Part shown: positions 44,056 through 54,731 of the stretch, one piece after another
Position numbering within the stretch: position 1 is the stretch's first letter
Layout: each line of letters starts with the position of its first letter
From: Rickettsiales bacterium
GTDB taxonomy: Bacteria > Pseudomonadota > Alphaproteobacteria > Rickettsiales > UBA998
NCBI GenBank assembly: GCA_965248995.1
Contig: CBDFKY010000022.1
Location: 15,996-79,995, forward strand
Direction: 5' to 3'
Length of the DNA stretch: 64,000 nt
Position numbers and translations under genes: made by a program
Notes under the pieces: generated by a model
What the model was told of the DNA's origin: nothing
Seen by the model: only the letters and a program-made list of their open reading frames with translations
Database searches by the model: none

Positions 44056-44872
44056 CAAAACCCATGCCAAGTTGAACCTGTCGCTGAACGTGGTGGGAAA
44101 ACGTGCGGATGGGTATCATCTCCTGCACAGCGTCGTTGCGTTTTGCGACGTGGGGGATGAAGTGGCGGTCGCTCGCGCCGATACGTTATCCCTTGCCGTC
44201 GGCGGAAGATTCGGCGGCAGTCTGGCGGACGGGCAGAATAATCTGGTGATGCGGGCGGCCTCGTCGCTGCAACGCCTGTCAGGCGTACGGGCGGGGGCGC
44301 GTATCACCCTCACCAAGCACCTGCCGGTCGCTTCCGGAATCGGCGGCGGTTCGGGTGACGCGGCGGCGGCGCTTGTCCTGCTGCGGGCTTTATGGAATCT
44401 CGATCTGTCGGATGCGCAACTGGCGGCGACAGGGGCGGCGCTCGGCGCGGACATACCCGTCTGCCTGTATGGACGCGCCTGCGTCATGGAGGGAATCGGC
44501 CATCATCTTACGCCGCTCGGCGAGGCATTCCCGGAGCTCTACGCGGTACTGGTCAACCCATTGCAGGAATTATCGACCGCCGCCGTATTCGGCGGGCTTC
44601 AACCCGGAGAATGGACTTCCGCACCCGTCACGCTGACCGACTGGAAAGAGTTCCGCAACGACCTGACGCCGAGTGCGATGCGTCTTTGCCCCCGGATCGG
44701 TGAAATGGTAAACGTGATTGCCCGGACGCCACACTGCATCGCCGCCCGCCTGAGCGGAAGCGGGGCGACCTGTTTCGGTCTGTATGCGGATCCGGTGAGC
44801 GCGAAAGATGCGGCCGCCCTCCTGCAGGCCGCATTTCCCGGTTACTGGGTGGGGGCGGGACGCTTACGGTAA
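43985..44872 (+). CDS. ispE: 4-diphosphocytidyl-2-C-methyl-D-erythritol kinase
   Basis: HAKLNLSLNVVGKRADGYHLLHSVV and the GHMP motif LPVASGIGGGSGDAAAALVLL. The first ~20 codons derive from the palindromic element, so the true start may be the TTG at 44021. Confidence 0.88.
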   Translation: MSDPPPNRTALRLPSWTPPQGGSYKTHAKLNLSLNVVGKRADGYHLLHSVVAFCDVGDEVAVARADTLSLAVGGRFGGSLADGQNNLVMRAASSLQRLSGVRAGARITLTKHLPVASGIGGGSGDAAAALVLLRALWNLDLSDAQLAATGAALGADIPVCLYGRACVMEGIGHHLTPLGEAFPELYAVLVNPLQELSTAAVFGGLQPGEWTSAPVTLTDWKEFRNDLTPSAMRLCPRIGEMVNVIARTPHCIAARLSGSGATCFGLYADPVSAKDAAALLQAAFPGYWVGAGRLR

Positions 44873-44873
44873 A

Positions 44874-45290
44874 CTATTTTTTCTCCAGCGGAATGCCGTA
44901 CAGTTTCAACCGGTGGCCGCACAGCTCATATCCGAGCTCCGCAGCGATGATTTCCTGCAGCCGCTCGATTTCGGGATTGGAAAACTCGATGACCTGACCG
45001 CTGCGCACGTCGATCAAATGGTCATGGTGTTCTTCGGACAGCTCCTCGTAACGCGCCTTGCCGTCCCCGAAATCATGCCGCTCGATCACGCCCGCCTCTT
45101 CCAGCAGTTTCACCGTACGATACACCGTCGCCAGGCTGATCTTCGAGTCGATGACGTTCGCCCGCTGGTAGAGCGTCTCCACGTCCGGATGATCGTCCGA
45201 ATCGGACAGGACCTGAGCTACCACACGCCGCTGTCCGGTCATCTTCAACTTCATCTCCTGGCATTTTTCTTCCAGCGCCTGTAGCAACAT
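44874..45290 (-). CDS. fur: Fur-family metal-responsive transcriptional regulator
   Basis: MTGQRRVVAQVL...ISLATVYRTVKLLEEAGVIERHDF...HHDHLIDVRSGQVIEF is the Fur family pattern. The ATG at 45290 is chosen. Metal specificity (Fur, Mur or Irr) is not resolvable. Confidence 0.85.
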   Translation of the reverse strand: MLLQALEEKCQEMKLKMTGQRRVVAQVLSDSDDHPDVETLYQRANVIDSKISLATVYRTVKLLEEAGVIERHDFGDGKARYEELSEEHHDHLIDVRSGQVIEFSNPEIERLQEIIAAELGYELCGHRLKLYGIPLEKK

Positions 45291-45441
45291 ATGCCCCCCA
45301 AAAATGGAAAAAGCCACTATGGCACGGCTCGCTTACGGATGCAAGCAAGGGGGCGTACTTCTGCATTTATTAAAACTTAACAAACAATAAAATTTTAGTG
45401 TGATAGAACAATTCCGAATCGATTAAAAGTAAGGAGGAAAA

Positions 45442-46257
45442 ATGGGAGATGAACGCTGGTTTGAAGGTGAGCCCGAAAAGCCCGACCTTTCCAGAAAAAG
45501 ACAGCAGGAGGATCTCCCGGTCGTTCCCAGTGATCCGGCGTTCGAAAAAGAACTTTCGGACTTTATTCAGGGGGGCGTTCTTACCAGGAAATATGCCAAA
45601 GAAATCCTCGGGGAGGAAAAAGGCGAGCAGTTATGGCAGGGAATTGAAAAGGTCAAAAAGAATTTTAATGAAAAATTCCCCAATGAAACCTTTCCGCCCG
45701 TATTCGTAGCGGAAGCCTGGAATTTACAGGAAGTGGCCGGTTACGGCAATGATCCTCTGGGGAAGAAAGATGCGAACGGCAAAATGGATACGACGGATAG
45801 AAAAGAAGCTTTGATTCTCGGAAGACAGTTCATGGAGGAAAACTCCATCGATAGCCTGATATCGGTTATATATCATGAACTGGGCCACGATATCGAAAAT
45901 CACCCTAACCGCATTGCGGATGCGCTGAACCGTGGTGCCGCGTTATCCCTCAGTGAACAACGACAGCAGGAATGTGAAGCGGATATGGTGGGAGTGATGC
46001 TTCAAGGCCAGACCCGCTCGGCGATTGAAACATTGACCAGACTTACCGGAGGATCCGATGAATGGAACCGGATCGACCCGCAGACCTACACGCATCCTTC
46101 CGGTGAGGACCGGGTAAGGGCCTTGAAGGCGTTCGGTGACGAGCTTCCTTCGAATATCGGTCGGATCCATCTCAATGAGCATTGTGAACAGATCGGCTCG
46201 CCCGCGTCCACGCCGCTGCCGGTCCGCTCAAAACGCGTAAGCCAGGGCATTCATTGA
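45442..46257 (+). CDS. Soluble M48-like zinc metallopeptidase domain protein
   Basis: IYHELGHDIENH (HExxH), ECEADMVG (downstream Glu) and THPSGEDRVRAL (the HPxxxxR motif of the M48 family). No TM segments are visible. An AGGAGG RBS is present. The 5' half has lower GC. Confidence 0.6.
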   Translation: MGDERWFEGEPEKPDLSRKRQQEDLPVVPSDPAFEKELSDFIQGGVLTRKYAKEILGEEKGEQLWQGIEKVKKNFNEKFPNETFPPVFVAEAWNLQEVAGYGNDPLGKKDANGKMDTTDRKEALILGRQFMEENSIDSLISVIYHELGHDIENHPNRIADALNRGAALSLSEQRQQECEADMVGVMLQGQTRSAIETLTRLTGGSDEWNRIDPQTYTHPSGEDRVRALKAFGDELPSNIGRIHLNEHCEQIGSPASTPLPVRSKRVSQGIH

Positions 46258-46910
46258 GAATGGTGCATTCCCGACATCGCCTCCGCACTCTGTTCGCAGA
46301 TAATCCGGTGGCGCCGTAACCAGCGCCGCATCACCGCGATTTCACCGCCCTGCGAACGGATGATGCCGCCCGCCAGCTTCAGCATGTCGGGATCGCGCCC
46401 CTCGCTCACCTCGATCCTCGCCATGTCGACGGCGCCCTGATGGTGGGGAATCATGCCGCAGACGAAATCCCGGTCCGCATCGCCGGAATAGGTGATGTTC
46501 ATCGCCCGGTGCATGGCGTGCATTCCTTCCCTGAACGCGGTGACGGCACCCGGTTTTTCCGCCCTTCCGTAAGGCGGTTCGGCGGCACGGCGGTCTATCC
46601 AGTTGGCCATCTCGCCGATCTCCCCTTCCTGTGCGACGCGAATCCACGCAGCCATGGAGCGCATCTCCGCATCGTGCCCGTAGCGCAGTTCCACGTCCGC
46701 CATATCCACGGCCCCTTCGTGATGGGGCTTCATGCCTCGGGCGAAATCGCTGTCGACCTGTCCGCTATAGGTGATGTCCATCGCGCTATGCATCCGCAGC
46801 ATCCCCGCCTGATAGGCCTGCGTGGCTTCGGAACAGACCGCTACCGCCTGACCGGCGATAAGAAAGGTAAGGCAGCATGCCAGTAACGGTTTCAAGTGAA
46901 AAATTTTCAT
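46251..46910 (-). CDS. DUF305-family (four-helix, His-rich) periplasmic protein, two tandem DUF305 repeats
   Basis: Signal peptide MKIFHLKPLLACCLTFLIAGQAVA. There are two copies of the HH(E/Q)GAVDMA...motif (MKPHHEGAVDMADVELRYG and MIPHHQGAVDMARIEVSEG). Confidence 0.75.
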   Translation of the reverse strand: MKIFHLKPLLACCLTFLIAGQAVAVCSEATQAYQAGMLRMHSAMDITYSGQVDSDFARGMKPHHEGAVDMADVELRYGHDAEMRSMAAWIRVAQEGEIGEMANWIDRRAAEPPYGRAEKPGAVTAFREGMHAMHRAMNITYSGDADRDFVCGMIPHHQGAVDMARIEVSEGRDPDMLKLAGGIIRSQGGEIAVMRRWLRRHRIICEQSAEAMSGMHHSQ

Positions 46911-47212
46911 GTCGTTGTTCCTCAAAGGGTAAAAGGCAGTTGTTGCGGGAAGGGGGCGCTTTTGAATATCCTACTTCCCTGAGTACGCTCCAAGGTCAAG
47001 CGATTTTTGTAACCATGCCGGTATCTTCGTTTCTGCTGGAATGGTTGACGCGAAACCGGTAGCACAAGGCACCATGTTTTCACAAACCACGGCAAATGGG
47101 AATGATCGCGGATAAACGCACGCTTACGGAAACGGCAAAACTGTACAATACGTCAAAAATGAGGTATTCTTAACGTTGAAATCACCTGTTACGCTGCGCC
47201 GGTACAAAAAAG

Positions 47213-47491
47213 ATGAACCTCAAAGACGCACCCGAAGCGGTCAAACAGGCCATGACGCAAATGGGAGATTACGGACCGGGATGCAGCACCCGGGCCAGAG
47301 ATCCCCATAGCCTGGATCAGGCGATAGCGTTTTTAAAGAACCCGCCTTCCACCGGTGAAATGTTCGAAATATACGGCCATGGAGGCATGAACCGCTATTA
47401 TGTCAGGCCGGACGGCAACGTATTGTTTAGCACATATCACGGAACCGTTAAAACGGAACAGGCCAGAATCCTGGGGTTCGATATCCGCTGA
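47213..47491 (+). CDS. Hypothetical small protein (92 aa)
   Basis: ORF between the DUF305 gene and uvrB. No motif recognised. Confidence 0.4.
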   Translation: MNLKDAPEAVKQAMTQMGDYGPGCSTRARDPHSLDQAIAFLKNPPSTGEMFEIYGHGGMNRYYVRPDGNVLFSTYHGTVKTEQARILGFDIR

Positions 47492-47496
47492 AATCC

Positions 47497-49518
47497 CTAC
47501 GGTTTGGCCCTCAGCAGCCGGTCCAGCTCGTCACGGTATTTCGCGGCCAGCTCGAATTCCAGGTTGGAAGCGGCTTCCAGCATGGCGGCACGGATCTGTA
47601 CCATGCGGGTTTCCTTGTCGGCGTGTTTGTCGGGGACGGTCGACCTGGACCCCGCTCCGCCTTTGCCTTTCTTGCCGGAGGAAGGCAGCGTCACCTGCTG
47701 TTCTTCCGCTTCTTTCCCCGTATCGATCGCGTCCGCGATACTGCGCTTGGTCGAACGCGGCGTGATGCCGTTCGCTTCGTTATGGGCCATTTGTATGGCG
47801 CGGCGGCGGGCCGTTTCATCCAGTGCGATGCGCATCGAGTTGGTGATCTTGTCGGCGTAGAGAATCACCCGCCCGTCGACGTTGCGCGCCGCCCGCCCGA
47901 TGGTCTGGATCAGCGAGGTGGCGGAACGCAGGAATCCTTCCTTGTCGGCATCCAGAATGGCCATCAGCCCGCATTCGGGAATGTCCAGCCCTTCGCGCAG
48001 CAAATTGACGCCGACCAGCACGTCGAACGCGCCGAGGCGGAGGTCGCGGATAATGTCGATCCGCTCCAGCGTGTCGACGTCCGAATGCAGATAGCGCACG
48101 CGAATATCATGCTCGTCGAGATATTCGGTCAGCTGTTCCGCCATTTTCTTGGTCAGCGTGGTGACCAGCACGCGGTAGCCTTTGGCGATCGTCTCGCGGA
48201 TTTCCCCGAACAGGTCCTCCACCTGCGTCGCCACCGGCTTGATGATCGGCTCCGGATCGATCAGCCCGGTCGGGCGGATGATCTGTTCCACGAACACGCC
48301 GCCGGTCATCTGCATTTCCAGTTCCGAAGGTGTGGCGGAGACATGCACGGTTTCCGGGCGGCGCTCGTCCCATTCCTCGTATTTCATCGGGCGGTTATCC
48401 ATCGCCGAGGGCAGGCGGAACCCGTATTCCACCAGGATGGTTTTCCGTGCCCGATCCCCGTTGTACATGCCGCGGATCTGCGGCAGGGTGGCATGGCTTT
48501 CATCCACGAACAGCAGCGCGTTTTTCGGCAGGTATTGAAAGAGGGTCGGCGGCGGCTCGCCCGGCGCGTTGCCGGACAGATAGCGGGAGTAATTCTCGAT
48601 GCCCTTACAGGTGCCGGTCTCGGTCAGCATCTCCAGGTCGAACGTGGTGCGCTGGTCCAGCCGCTGCGCTTCCAGTAGCTTTCCTTCCTCGTGCAGGCGC
48701 TCCAGCCGGTCTTTCAATTCCACTTTGATCTGCCTGATGGCTTTGTCGATGGTCGGACGCGGCGTAACGTAGTGGCTGTTGGCATAGATCGTAGCCCGTT
48801 CCATTTTACCCTGCATTTCCCCGGTCAGCGGGTCAAACGCGTGGATGCCGTCGATCTCGTCTCCGAAGAACGAAACCCGCCACGCCTGATCCTCCAGGTG
48901 TGAAGGAAACACGTCGAGACTGTCGCCGCGCACCCGGAACGTGCCGCGCTTGAAGCCGATATCGTTGCGGCTATACTGAATCTCTATCAGCCGACGCAGG
49001 AAATCGTCCTGCCTTACCTTATCGCCCACCGCCAGCTGCAAGATCATTTCGCTGTAGGTCGCGACCGATCCGATACCGTAAATGCAGGAGACGGAGGAAA
49101 TCACCACCACGTCCGGGCGTTCCAGCAGCGAGCGGGTGGCGGAGTGGCGCATCCGGTCGATCTGTTCGTTGATGGATGCGTCCTTCTCGATATAGGTATC
49201 CGAGCGGGGCACGTACGCTTCCGGCTGGTAGTAATCGTAATAGGAGACGAAATATTCCACCGCGTTATGGGGAAAAAACGACTTCATCTCATGATACAGC
49301 TGCCCGGCCAGCGTCTTGTTATGCGCCATGATCATGGCGGGGCGACCGGTGCGGGCGATGATGTTGGCCATCGTGAAGGTTTTGCCCGAACCCGTGACGC
49401 CCAGCAGCACTTGATCTTTCGCATGTTCGTTCAGCCCGGCGATCAGCGCGTCGATCGCCTGCGGCTGGTCCCCCGATGGGGTGTAGTCTGAGGTGAGCTG
49501 GAAGCGGTTTGAGGCCAT
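47497..49518 (-). CDS. uvrB: Excinuclease ABC subunit B
   Basis: [12 protein letters not shown] (Walker A), helicase motifs and a C-terminal UVR domain ([12 protein letters not shown]). Length 673 aa. Confidence 0.97.
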   Translation of the reverse strand: MASNRFQLTSDYTPSGDQPQAIDALIAGLNEHAKDQVLLGVTGSGKTFTMANIIARTGRPAMIMAHNKTLAGQLYHEMKSFFPHNAVEYFVSYYDYYQPEAYVPRSDTYIEKDASINEQIDRMRHSATRSLLERPDVVVISSVSCIYGIGSVATYSEMILQLAVGDKVRQDDFLRRLIEIQYSRNDIGFKRGTFRVRGDSLDVFPSHLEDQAWRVSFFGDEIDGIHAFDPLTGEMQGKMERATIYANSHYVTPRPTIDKAIRQIKVELKDRLERLHEEGKLLEAQRLDQRTTFDLEMLTETGTCKGIENYSRYLSGNAPGEPPPTLFQYLPKNALLFVDESHATLPQIRGMYNGDRARKTILVEYGFRLPSAMDNRPMKYEEWDERRPETVHVSATPSELEMQMTGGVFVEQIIRPTGLIDPEPIIKPVATQVEDLFGEIRETIAKGYRVLVTTLTKKMAEQLTEYLDEHDIRVRYLHSDVDTLERIDIIRDLRLGAFDVLVGVNLLREGLDIPECGLMAILDADKEGFLRSATSLIQTIGRAARNVDGRVILYADKITNSMRIALDETARRRAIQMAHNEANGITPRSTKRSIADAIDTGKEAEEQQVTLPSSGKKGKGGAGSRSTVPDKHADKETRMVQIRAAMLEAASNLEFELAAKYRDELDRLLRAKP

Positions 49519-49640
49519 GGTTGAGTTAGATATAGGAAGCGACGCAGATAATACAATAGCGGAGGATGGTCATCCTGAGCGTGAGCGTTGGATCTCGTCA
49601 AGCTCTATAAGATTCTTCGCAGCGCTCGGAATAACAGGTG

Positions 49641-50648
49641 CTACAACGCCCGCACTTTCGCCCGCACGACGGCACGTTCCTTTTCCGGCAGAGCGATCAG
49701 CCCTTTGTCCGCCAGATATCCTTCATCCGAAAACGCTTCTTCAGAGGTCAGCTCCTCCAGAAATCCCTTCAGCCCCTTGACCGTGGCGAGATGCGCTTTC
49801 TTGACATACACGTACAGTCCGCGCGCCACGGGGTATTTACCGCTGGCGATGTTTTCATAAGTAGGTGCCACGCCCTCGATCGTATGGCCGAGGATCTTGT
49901 CGGGGTTCTGGTCCAGATAGCTGTAGCCGAAAATGCCGAGCGCCCGTTCATTGAGGGAAAGTTTCTGCACGATCAGGTTATCGTTCTCCCCCGCCTCGAT
50001 ATATTTGCCGTCTTCACGGAGCGCGTGGCAGGCGAGCTTGCGGGTTTTTTCATCCTTATAGGCGGTGCGAAACTCCGGCGTCAGCATGCAGGCAGGTTCC
50101 ATGACCAGTTCGACGAACGCGTCGCGGGTGCCTGAGGTGGTGGAAGGACCATAGACCTCGATCGGCTGACTGGGCAGGGCAGGGTCGATTTCCTTCCATT
50201 TCCTGAACGGATTCGCAACCAGTTTTCCTTTGAGAGGCACTTCCTTGGCAAGCGCCAGGAAGACCTGCCTGCGGGTCAGGGGAAACGCGTCGCTGTTGGC
50301 GTTGCCGGCAAGCACGATGCCATCCTTGCCGATTTCGATTTCAACGCTGTCATCCACCTTGTTTTTGGCGCACAGCGCTTTTTCGGAATCGGTAATAAGG
50401 CGCGAGGCATCGGAAATATCCGGGGTATCTTCCCCCGTTCCCTTGCAGAATTCCGCGAATCCCGCTCCGGTGCCGATGGATTCCACGATCGGCGCGCTTT
50501 TGCCGCTTTTATCGCCGTAATGCTCCGCCGCCGCGGCGACGAACGGGAACACGGTGGAGGAACCGACCGCCCGGATTTGCTCTCTCGCCTCCGCGCCGGC
50601 CATCAAGGCGGTCATCAACAGAGCGGTGCAACAGAGTAGTCTGGTCAT
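49641..50648 (-). CDS. pstS: PstS-family phosphate-binding periplasmic protein
   Basis: Signal peptide, then IRAVGSSTVFPF and the type 2 periplasmic binding fold pattern. No pstCAB genes are adjacent. Confidence 0.7.
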   Translation of the reverse strand: MTRLLCCTALLMTALMAGAEAREQIRAVGSSTVFPFVAAAAEHYGDKSGKSAPIVESIGTGAGFAEFCKGTGEDTPDISDASRLITDSEKALCAKNKVDDSVEIEIGKDGIVLAGNANSDAFPLTRRQVFLALAKEVPLKGKLVANPFRKWKEIDPALPSQPIEVYGPSTTSGTRDAFVELVMEPACMLTPEFRTAYKDEKTRKLACHALREDGKYIEAGENDNLIVQKLSLNERALGIFGYSYLDQNPDKILGHTIEGVAPTYENIASGKYPVARGLYVYVKKAHLATVKGLKGFLEELTSEEAFSDEGYLADKGLIALPEKERAVVRAKVRAL

Positions 50649-50759
50649 TTGGAAATCCCATCAGGTATGAGGCGGCTCATAACATATCTTCACGGAATGG
50701 GCAAGGGGTGGAGATGCGTAAAGCGCAACGCTGCCATGCGGTTTTCGCATGGATGGCGG

Positions 50760-51110
50760 CTATTCTTCCCACATGGGTTTTTGCATCAGGGCCGGTTTTT
50801 TCTCCGCCTCGATTTTCGGCGCCTGCATCATGCCGTACGTCACGGCCATTTCGGCCCGCAGTTCCGGAGGAGGATACCCGTTCCCCGCCGCCAGCACTTC
50901 GCCGTAATCGCTCGGCATGAACTGTTCCTTGCGGAGGATCGCTTCTTTCATATTACGGAGGTTGTTGATGCTCAGGCGGAGATAGCAGTAAATACGCTCG
51001 TTGAACGCGTTTTTCCCCTGCATCAGCATAATGATGTCTTCGCGCGCGAGGAGCTCTTCATCCTCACTCGTGCCGTTGGCGCTGATCTCTTTCTGGTTCC
51101 ACTCGTTCAA
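50760..51110 (-). CDS. Small acidic hypothetical protein; paralog of 38653-39018
   Basis: Shares the (F/I)(W/Y)CY...YGE(I/V)...G..PP...(V/M)A..YG core with the 38653-39018 product. Confidence 0.6.
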   Translation of the reverse strand: MNEWNQKEISANGTSEDEELLAREDIIMLMQGKNAFNERIYCYLRLSINNLRNMKEAILRKEQFMPSDYGEVLAAGNGYPPPELRAEMAVTYGMMQAPKIEAEKKPALMQKPMWEE

Positions 51111-51266
51111 AGCGGTTTTCTCTGTTTCTGGTTGATCTTCTGGCTACTATACCGATTCATGCCACGGAAAACAAAAGAAAAGATTAATTTCGCAGGTTTT
51201 TGAATGTGATGACGGGGCGGGCGTGTGAAGATTGACCTTGTTGATCAGTCACGGACGAACGGTTTT

Positions 51267-51671
51267 TTATGACAGTGAAAACCCGTTGCCTGTGGATTTT
51301 GAAAAGCTGGGCAGGCGGGAAGCGGCCACGGCGGCGGTGTGCGAACCGATCGCAGGAGAAAGTGGCTCGAACCCGGCTCCCTGCACGCTATCATGCAGTA
51401 ACTGCGCCTGACGGCTATCGACAGGAGGAACAAAAGCGACTTCGACGCTGTGGTTCGAATTGAACTGCCGTTCCAGATTTTTCGCTGTTCTGACGATATC
51501 CTGATCCGCACTGTTTGCGGCCAGCGTCTGATTTTGGGGCACTACGGTAGAAATACCATTAACGGTCATTCCCGGAACATCTACGAACATATCCGCAACA
51601 AGGTTGTGAAAACGCGTTGGGACGCTGATGTCGATAGGTTTGCTTGCGTCAATGATAAGGTTCAGTGTCAT
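51267..51671 (-). CDS. Hypothetical protein (about 134 aa)
   Basis: ORF with an ATG at 51671 (MTLNLIIDASKPIDISVP...). No motif recognised. Confidence 0.4.
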   Translation of the reverse strand: MTLNLIIDASKPIDISVPTRFHNLVADMFVDVPGMTVNGISTVVPQNQTLAANSADQDIVRTAKNLERQFNSNHSVEVAFVPPVDSRQAQLLHDSVQGAGFEPLSPAIGSHTAAVAASRLPSFSKSTGNGFSLS

Positions 51672-51950
51672 GTGGTGCTCCGTTACTACATTTTTACTAT
51701 AGCAAGGTCCGATCATAACTCTCAACTAACAAACGACAGGTGCAACGGAATATTCACCGATCTGTCACAGAACCGTCATAAAGCAGATGGGTTGAGCATT
51801 AATAGCGTACTAATAGAGACAAATACAGATCACATTTATACTGTATTTTATTTTGTACCGGCCTCTTTTTGTGATATCCAAGACACATAAAAAAGCGATG
51901 GGGAATGAAAACAGTGGAAAACGCCCGGTAATCCGCTTATAGCGTTGCGC

Positions 51951-53342
51951 ATGACAGTCACCGTCCGTTTTGCGCCTTCCCCCACCGGTTTCCTGCATAT
52001 CGGCGGCGCGCGCACGGCCCTTTTCAATTATCTGTTCGCCCGTCGCCACGGCGGCCGTTTCCTGCTGCGCGTGGAAGACACGGACAAAGCCCGTTCCACC
52101 GAGGCCGCTACCCGGGCTATCTATGACGGGCTGGAATGGCTCGGCCTGAGGCCGGATGCGCCGCCGGTCCTGCAATCTTCCCGGGAAGGGCGTCACCGCG
52201 AGGTGGTGAATGAACTGCTTGTCTCCGGGAATGCATACCATTGTTATATGACGGCCAGCGAACTGGCCGAGGCGCGGGAAGCGGCAGAAAAAAAAGGCGA
52301 ACTATACCGCTACGACGGCCGCTGGCGGGACGCCTCGCCTGCCGATGCCCCGGCGGGCGTCACTCCCTCCGTACGGCTGAAGGCACCGAAGGAAGGAAAC
52401 ATGGTTCTCAATGACGCCGTGCAGGGTGAAGTAACCGTGGCCTGCGCTGACCTCGACGACATGGTGCTGCTTCGCTCGGACGGTACGCCGACGTATCTGC
52501 TCGCCGTGGTGGTGGACGACCATGACATGGACATCACCCATATTATTCGCGGTGACGACCATTTCACCAACAGCTTCCGTCAGGCCTTGATTTACCGGGC
52601 GCTCGGCTGGCAGATGCCGGAAACAGCGCATATTCCATTGATTCACGGGGCGGACGGGGCGAAACTCTCCAAGCGGCATGGGGCGCTCGGCGTCGATGCC
52701 TACCGCGAGATGGGCTACCTGCCCGAAGCGATACGTAATTACCTGCTGAAACTCGGCTGGTCGCACGGCGATGACGAGATCATTTCCGACGCGCAGGCCG
52801 CCGCCTGGTTCGATCTGGAAGGGCTCGGCAGATCGCCGAGCCGGTTCGACATGGACAAACTGGGGCATGTCAACGCGCATTATCTCCGGGCGGCGGAGAG
52901 TCACCGCATGGAATCACTCAGCCTGCCGTTCGTGGAAGCGATGCTGGAGCGGCTTTTAAGTGAGGATGAGCGGGCGACGTATCATGCGGCCCTACCCGAA
53001 TTGCAGGCGAGAGCGGTGACGCTGGCGGAATTGGCGCAGTCCGCACGGTTCTTTTTTGATCGTCCGACGACGTACACCGATCAGGCAGCAAAAATGCTTA
53101 TCGAAGCCAAAGACTGGTTACCTGAACTGGCAGCCGCGCTGGAAGGAGTCACGCCGTTTGACGCGGAGCATATCGAAGCGGCATGCAAGGCATTTGGTGA
53201 GGGCAGGGGGCTGAAGCTCGGTAAAGTGATGAACCCGCTAAGGGCTGCGGTGACGGGATCGCACGCCTCACCCAGCATGTTCCATGTGTTGCCGTTGTTA
53301 GGGAAAGCGGAAGTGCTGAAGCGGTTGGGTGAAGTGGTTTGA
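51951..53342 (+). CDS. gltX: Glutamate--tRNA ligase
   Basis: RFAPSPTGFLHIGGARTALFNY (the HIGH motif) and KLSKRHG (the KMSKS motif). About 463 aa. Confidence 0.96.
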   Translation: MTVTVRFAPSPTGFLHIGGARTALFNYLFARRHGGRFLLRVEDTDKARSTEAATRAIYDGLEWLGLRPDAPPVLQSSREGRHREVVNELLVSGNAYHCYMTASELAEAREAAEKKGELYRYDGRWRDASPADAPAGVTPSVRLKAPKEGNMVLNDAVQGEVTVACADLDDMVLLRSDGTPTYLLAVVVDDHDMDITHIIRGDDHFTNSFRQALIYRALGWQMPETAHIPLIHGADGAKLSKRHGALGVDAYREMGYLPEAIRNYLLKLGWSHGDDEIISDAQAAAWFDLEGLGRSPSRFDMDKLGHVNAHYLRAAESHRMESLSLPFVEAMLERLLSEDERATYHAALPELQARAVTLAELAQSARFFFDRPTTYTDQAAKMLIEAKDWLPELAAALEGVTPFDAEHIEAACKAFGEGRGLKLGKVMNPLRAAVTGSHASPSMFHVLPLLGKAEVLKRLGEVV

Positions 53343-53343
53343 T

Positions 53344-53802
53344 CTACGAACGACCATCTCTACCGCTCCGCTCTTGCGATGGTTCTGGAAGAGTTAACAC
53401 ACCTTGTTGTGCTGATTCAACTGCATATCCTATACTTTTATTGAAATTTTTAACAAATTCAGGATCAATTAATTCTGCAGTAGCAGCTTTGGTAATGGCA
53501 TCTTGGAACCGTGTTTTTGTCAATCTTTCATTTGTTGCGTGCCCATGAACTACGATCGTTCGATCATTAGAAGAAATATGGACGGGATCATTTGCTGGAT
53601 AATCTACAGGATATGTGCTTATTCCATCCTTAATTGCTTTTGCAATCTCTTCAGCCACGGCTTTATGACCTGTTTGAATTTCCATGATTACATGTGAATC
53701 TGGAAAACTAATATCGGGTTTAATGGTAACTTTAAGATTATCTATGCCCTTTCTTCCATTATCTAAAATTGCTTCAGCTCCATCAAATTGAGTGCTAGCC
53801 AT
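53344..53802 (-). CDS. Hypothetical protein in an AT-rich islet (152 aa)
   Basis: ORF filling the AT-rich gap between gltX and rlmB. No motif recognised. Confidence 0.45.
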   Translation of the reverse strand: MASTQFDGAEAILDNGRKGIDNLKVTIKPDISFPDSHVIMEIQTGHKAVAEEIAKAIKDGISTYPVDYPANDPVHISSNDRTIVVHGHATNERLTKTRFQDAITKAATAELIDPEFVKNFNKSIGYAVESAQQGVLTLPEPSQERSGRDGRS

Positions 53803-53901
53803 CTTTCTTCTCCTTCACATCAGAATAAAACTACACTTAATCTACACTAAGTATATGACAAAATGATTAAATCATCCCCTTATCATGTTGGCGATAATTT
53901 T

Positions 53902-54621
53902 ATGAAGAACTCCTCTCATACCTACTGGATGTATGGTCGCCACGCTACCTTAGCTGCGCTTGCCAATCCACACCGCACCGTTAGGCAGGTATTGATTACT
54001 CGCAACATGCATGAAGAACTGCGCGCAGTGCTTGGCGACATCCGATGCGAAATCACGGATATCAAACGCATCGAAAAGCATCTCTCCCCTGACGCAGTGC
54101 ATCAGGGAATCGTCATAGAGGTGTCACCGTTTCCTGCGCGCGAACTGGATGAAGTGATGGCATCAGGCAAAACCTTGCTATTGCTCGATCAGGTGACCGA
54201 TCCGCACAATGTCGGGGCGATTCTGCGTTCCGCCGCTGCCTTTGATGCGGGTGCTGTGATCGTGCATGACCGCAACGCGCCAAAAGAATCAGGCGCTATG
54301 GCCAAAGCCGCCTGCGGGGCGCTGGAACTAGTGCCGCTGATCACCGTCGGCAATATCGCGAGTGCCCTGAAGGAACTGCAGGAAAGCGGTTACTGGTGCG
54401 TCGGGCTGGACGGGGAGGCGAGAGCCCATCTCCACCAGGCGAAACTCACCCCGTCTACCACGGCGCTGGTGCTCGGCGCGGAGGGAGCGGGCATGCGGCG
54501 TCTGACGGCGGAGCGCTGCGATATGCTGGTCAAACTGCCGATCCACCCGCAGATGGAAAGCCTCAACGTATCGAATGCCGCGGCGATCGCGCTGTACGAA
54601 TTGTTCAAGACAATCCTGTAA
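53902..54621 (+). CDS. rlmB: TrmH/SpoU-family rRNA 2'-O-methyltransferase, RlmB-like
   Basis: SPOUT motifs LLLDQVTDPHNVGAILRSAAAFDAGAVIV, ALVLGAEGAGMRRL and ESLNVSNAAAIALYE. Confidence 0.85.
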   Translation: MKNSSHTYWMYGRHATLAALANPHRTVRQVLITRNMHEELRAVLGDIRCEITDIKRIEKHLSPDAVHQGIVIEVSPFPARELDEVMASGKTLLLLDQVTDPHNVGAILRSAAAFDAGAVIVHDRNAPKESGAMAKAACGALELVPLITVGNIASALKELQESGYWCVGLDGEARAHLHQAKLTPSTTALVLGAEGAGMRRLTAERCDMLVKLPIHPQMESLNVSNAAAIALYELFKTIL

Positions 54622-54731
54622 AAAAGCCCGTGAAGTTTACCCGTAGTTTTTAATGGAAAAATTATGTGGCCTCTTTTAAGAGCAAAATGATATCACGCGT
54701 TCATCAGTCAGAATCATAAAGGAACCCTATC

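Noticed and set aside
47623-48678. 351-aa plus-strand ORF
   Set aside because: It is antisense to uvrB.
51440-51470. GGTTCGAAT string resembling a tRNA T-arm
   Set aside because: No acceptor, D or anticodon stems can be drawn around it, and it lies inside ORF 51267-51671. I found no convincing tRNA anywhere in the window.
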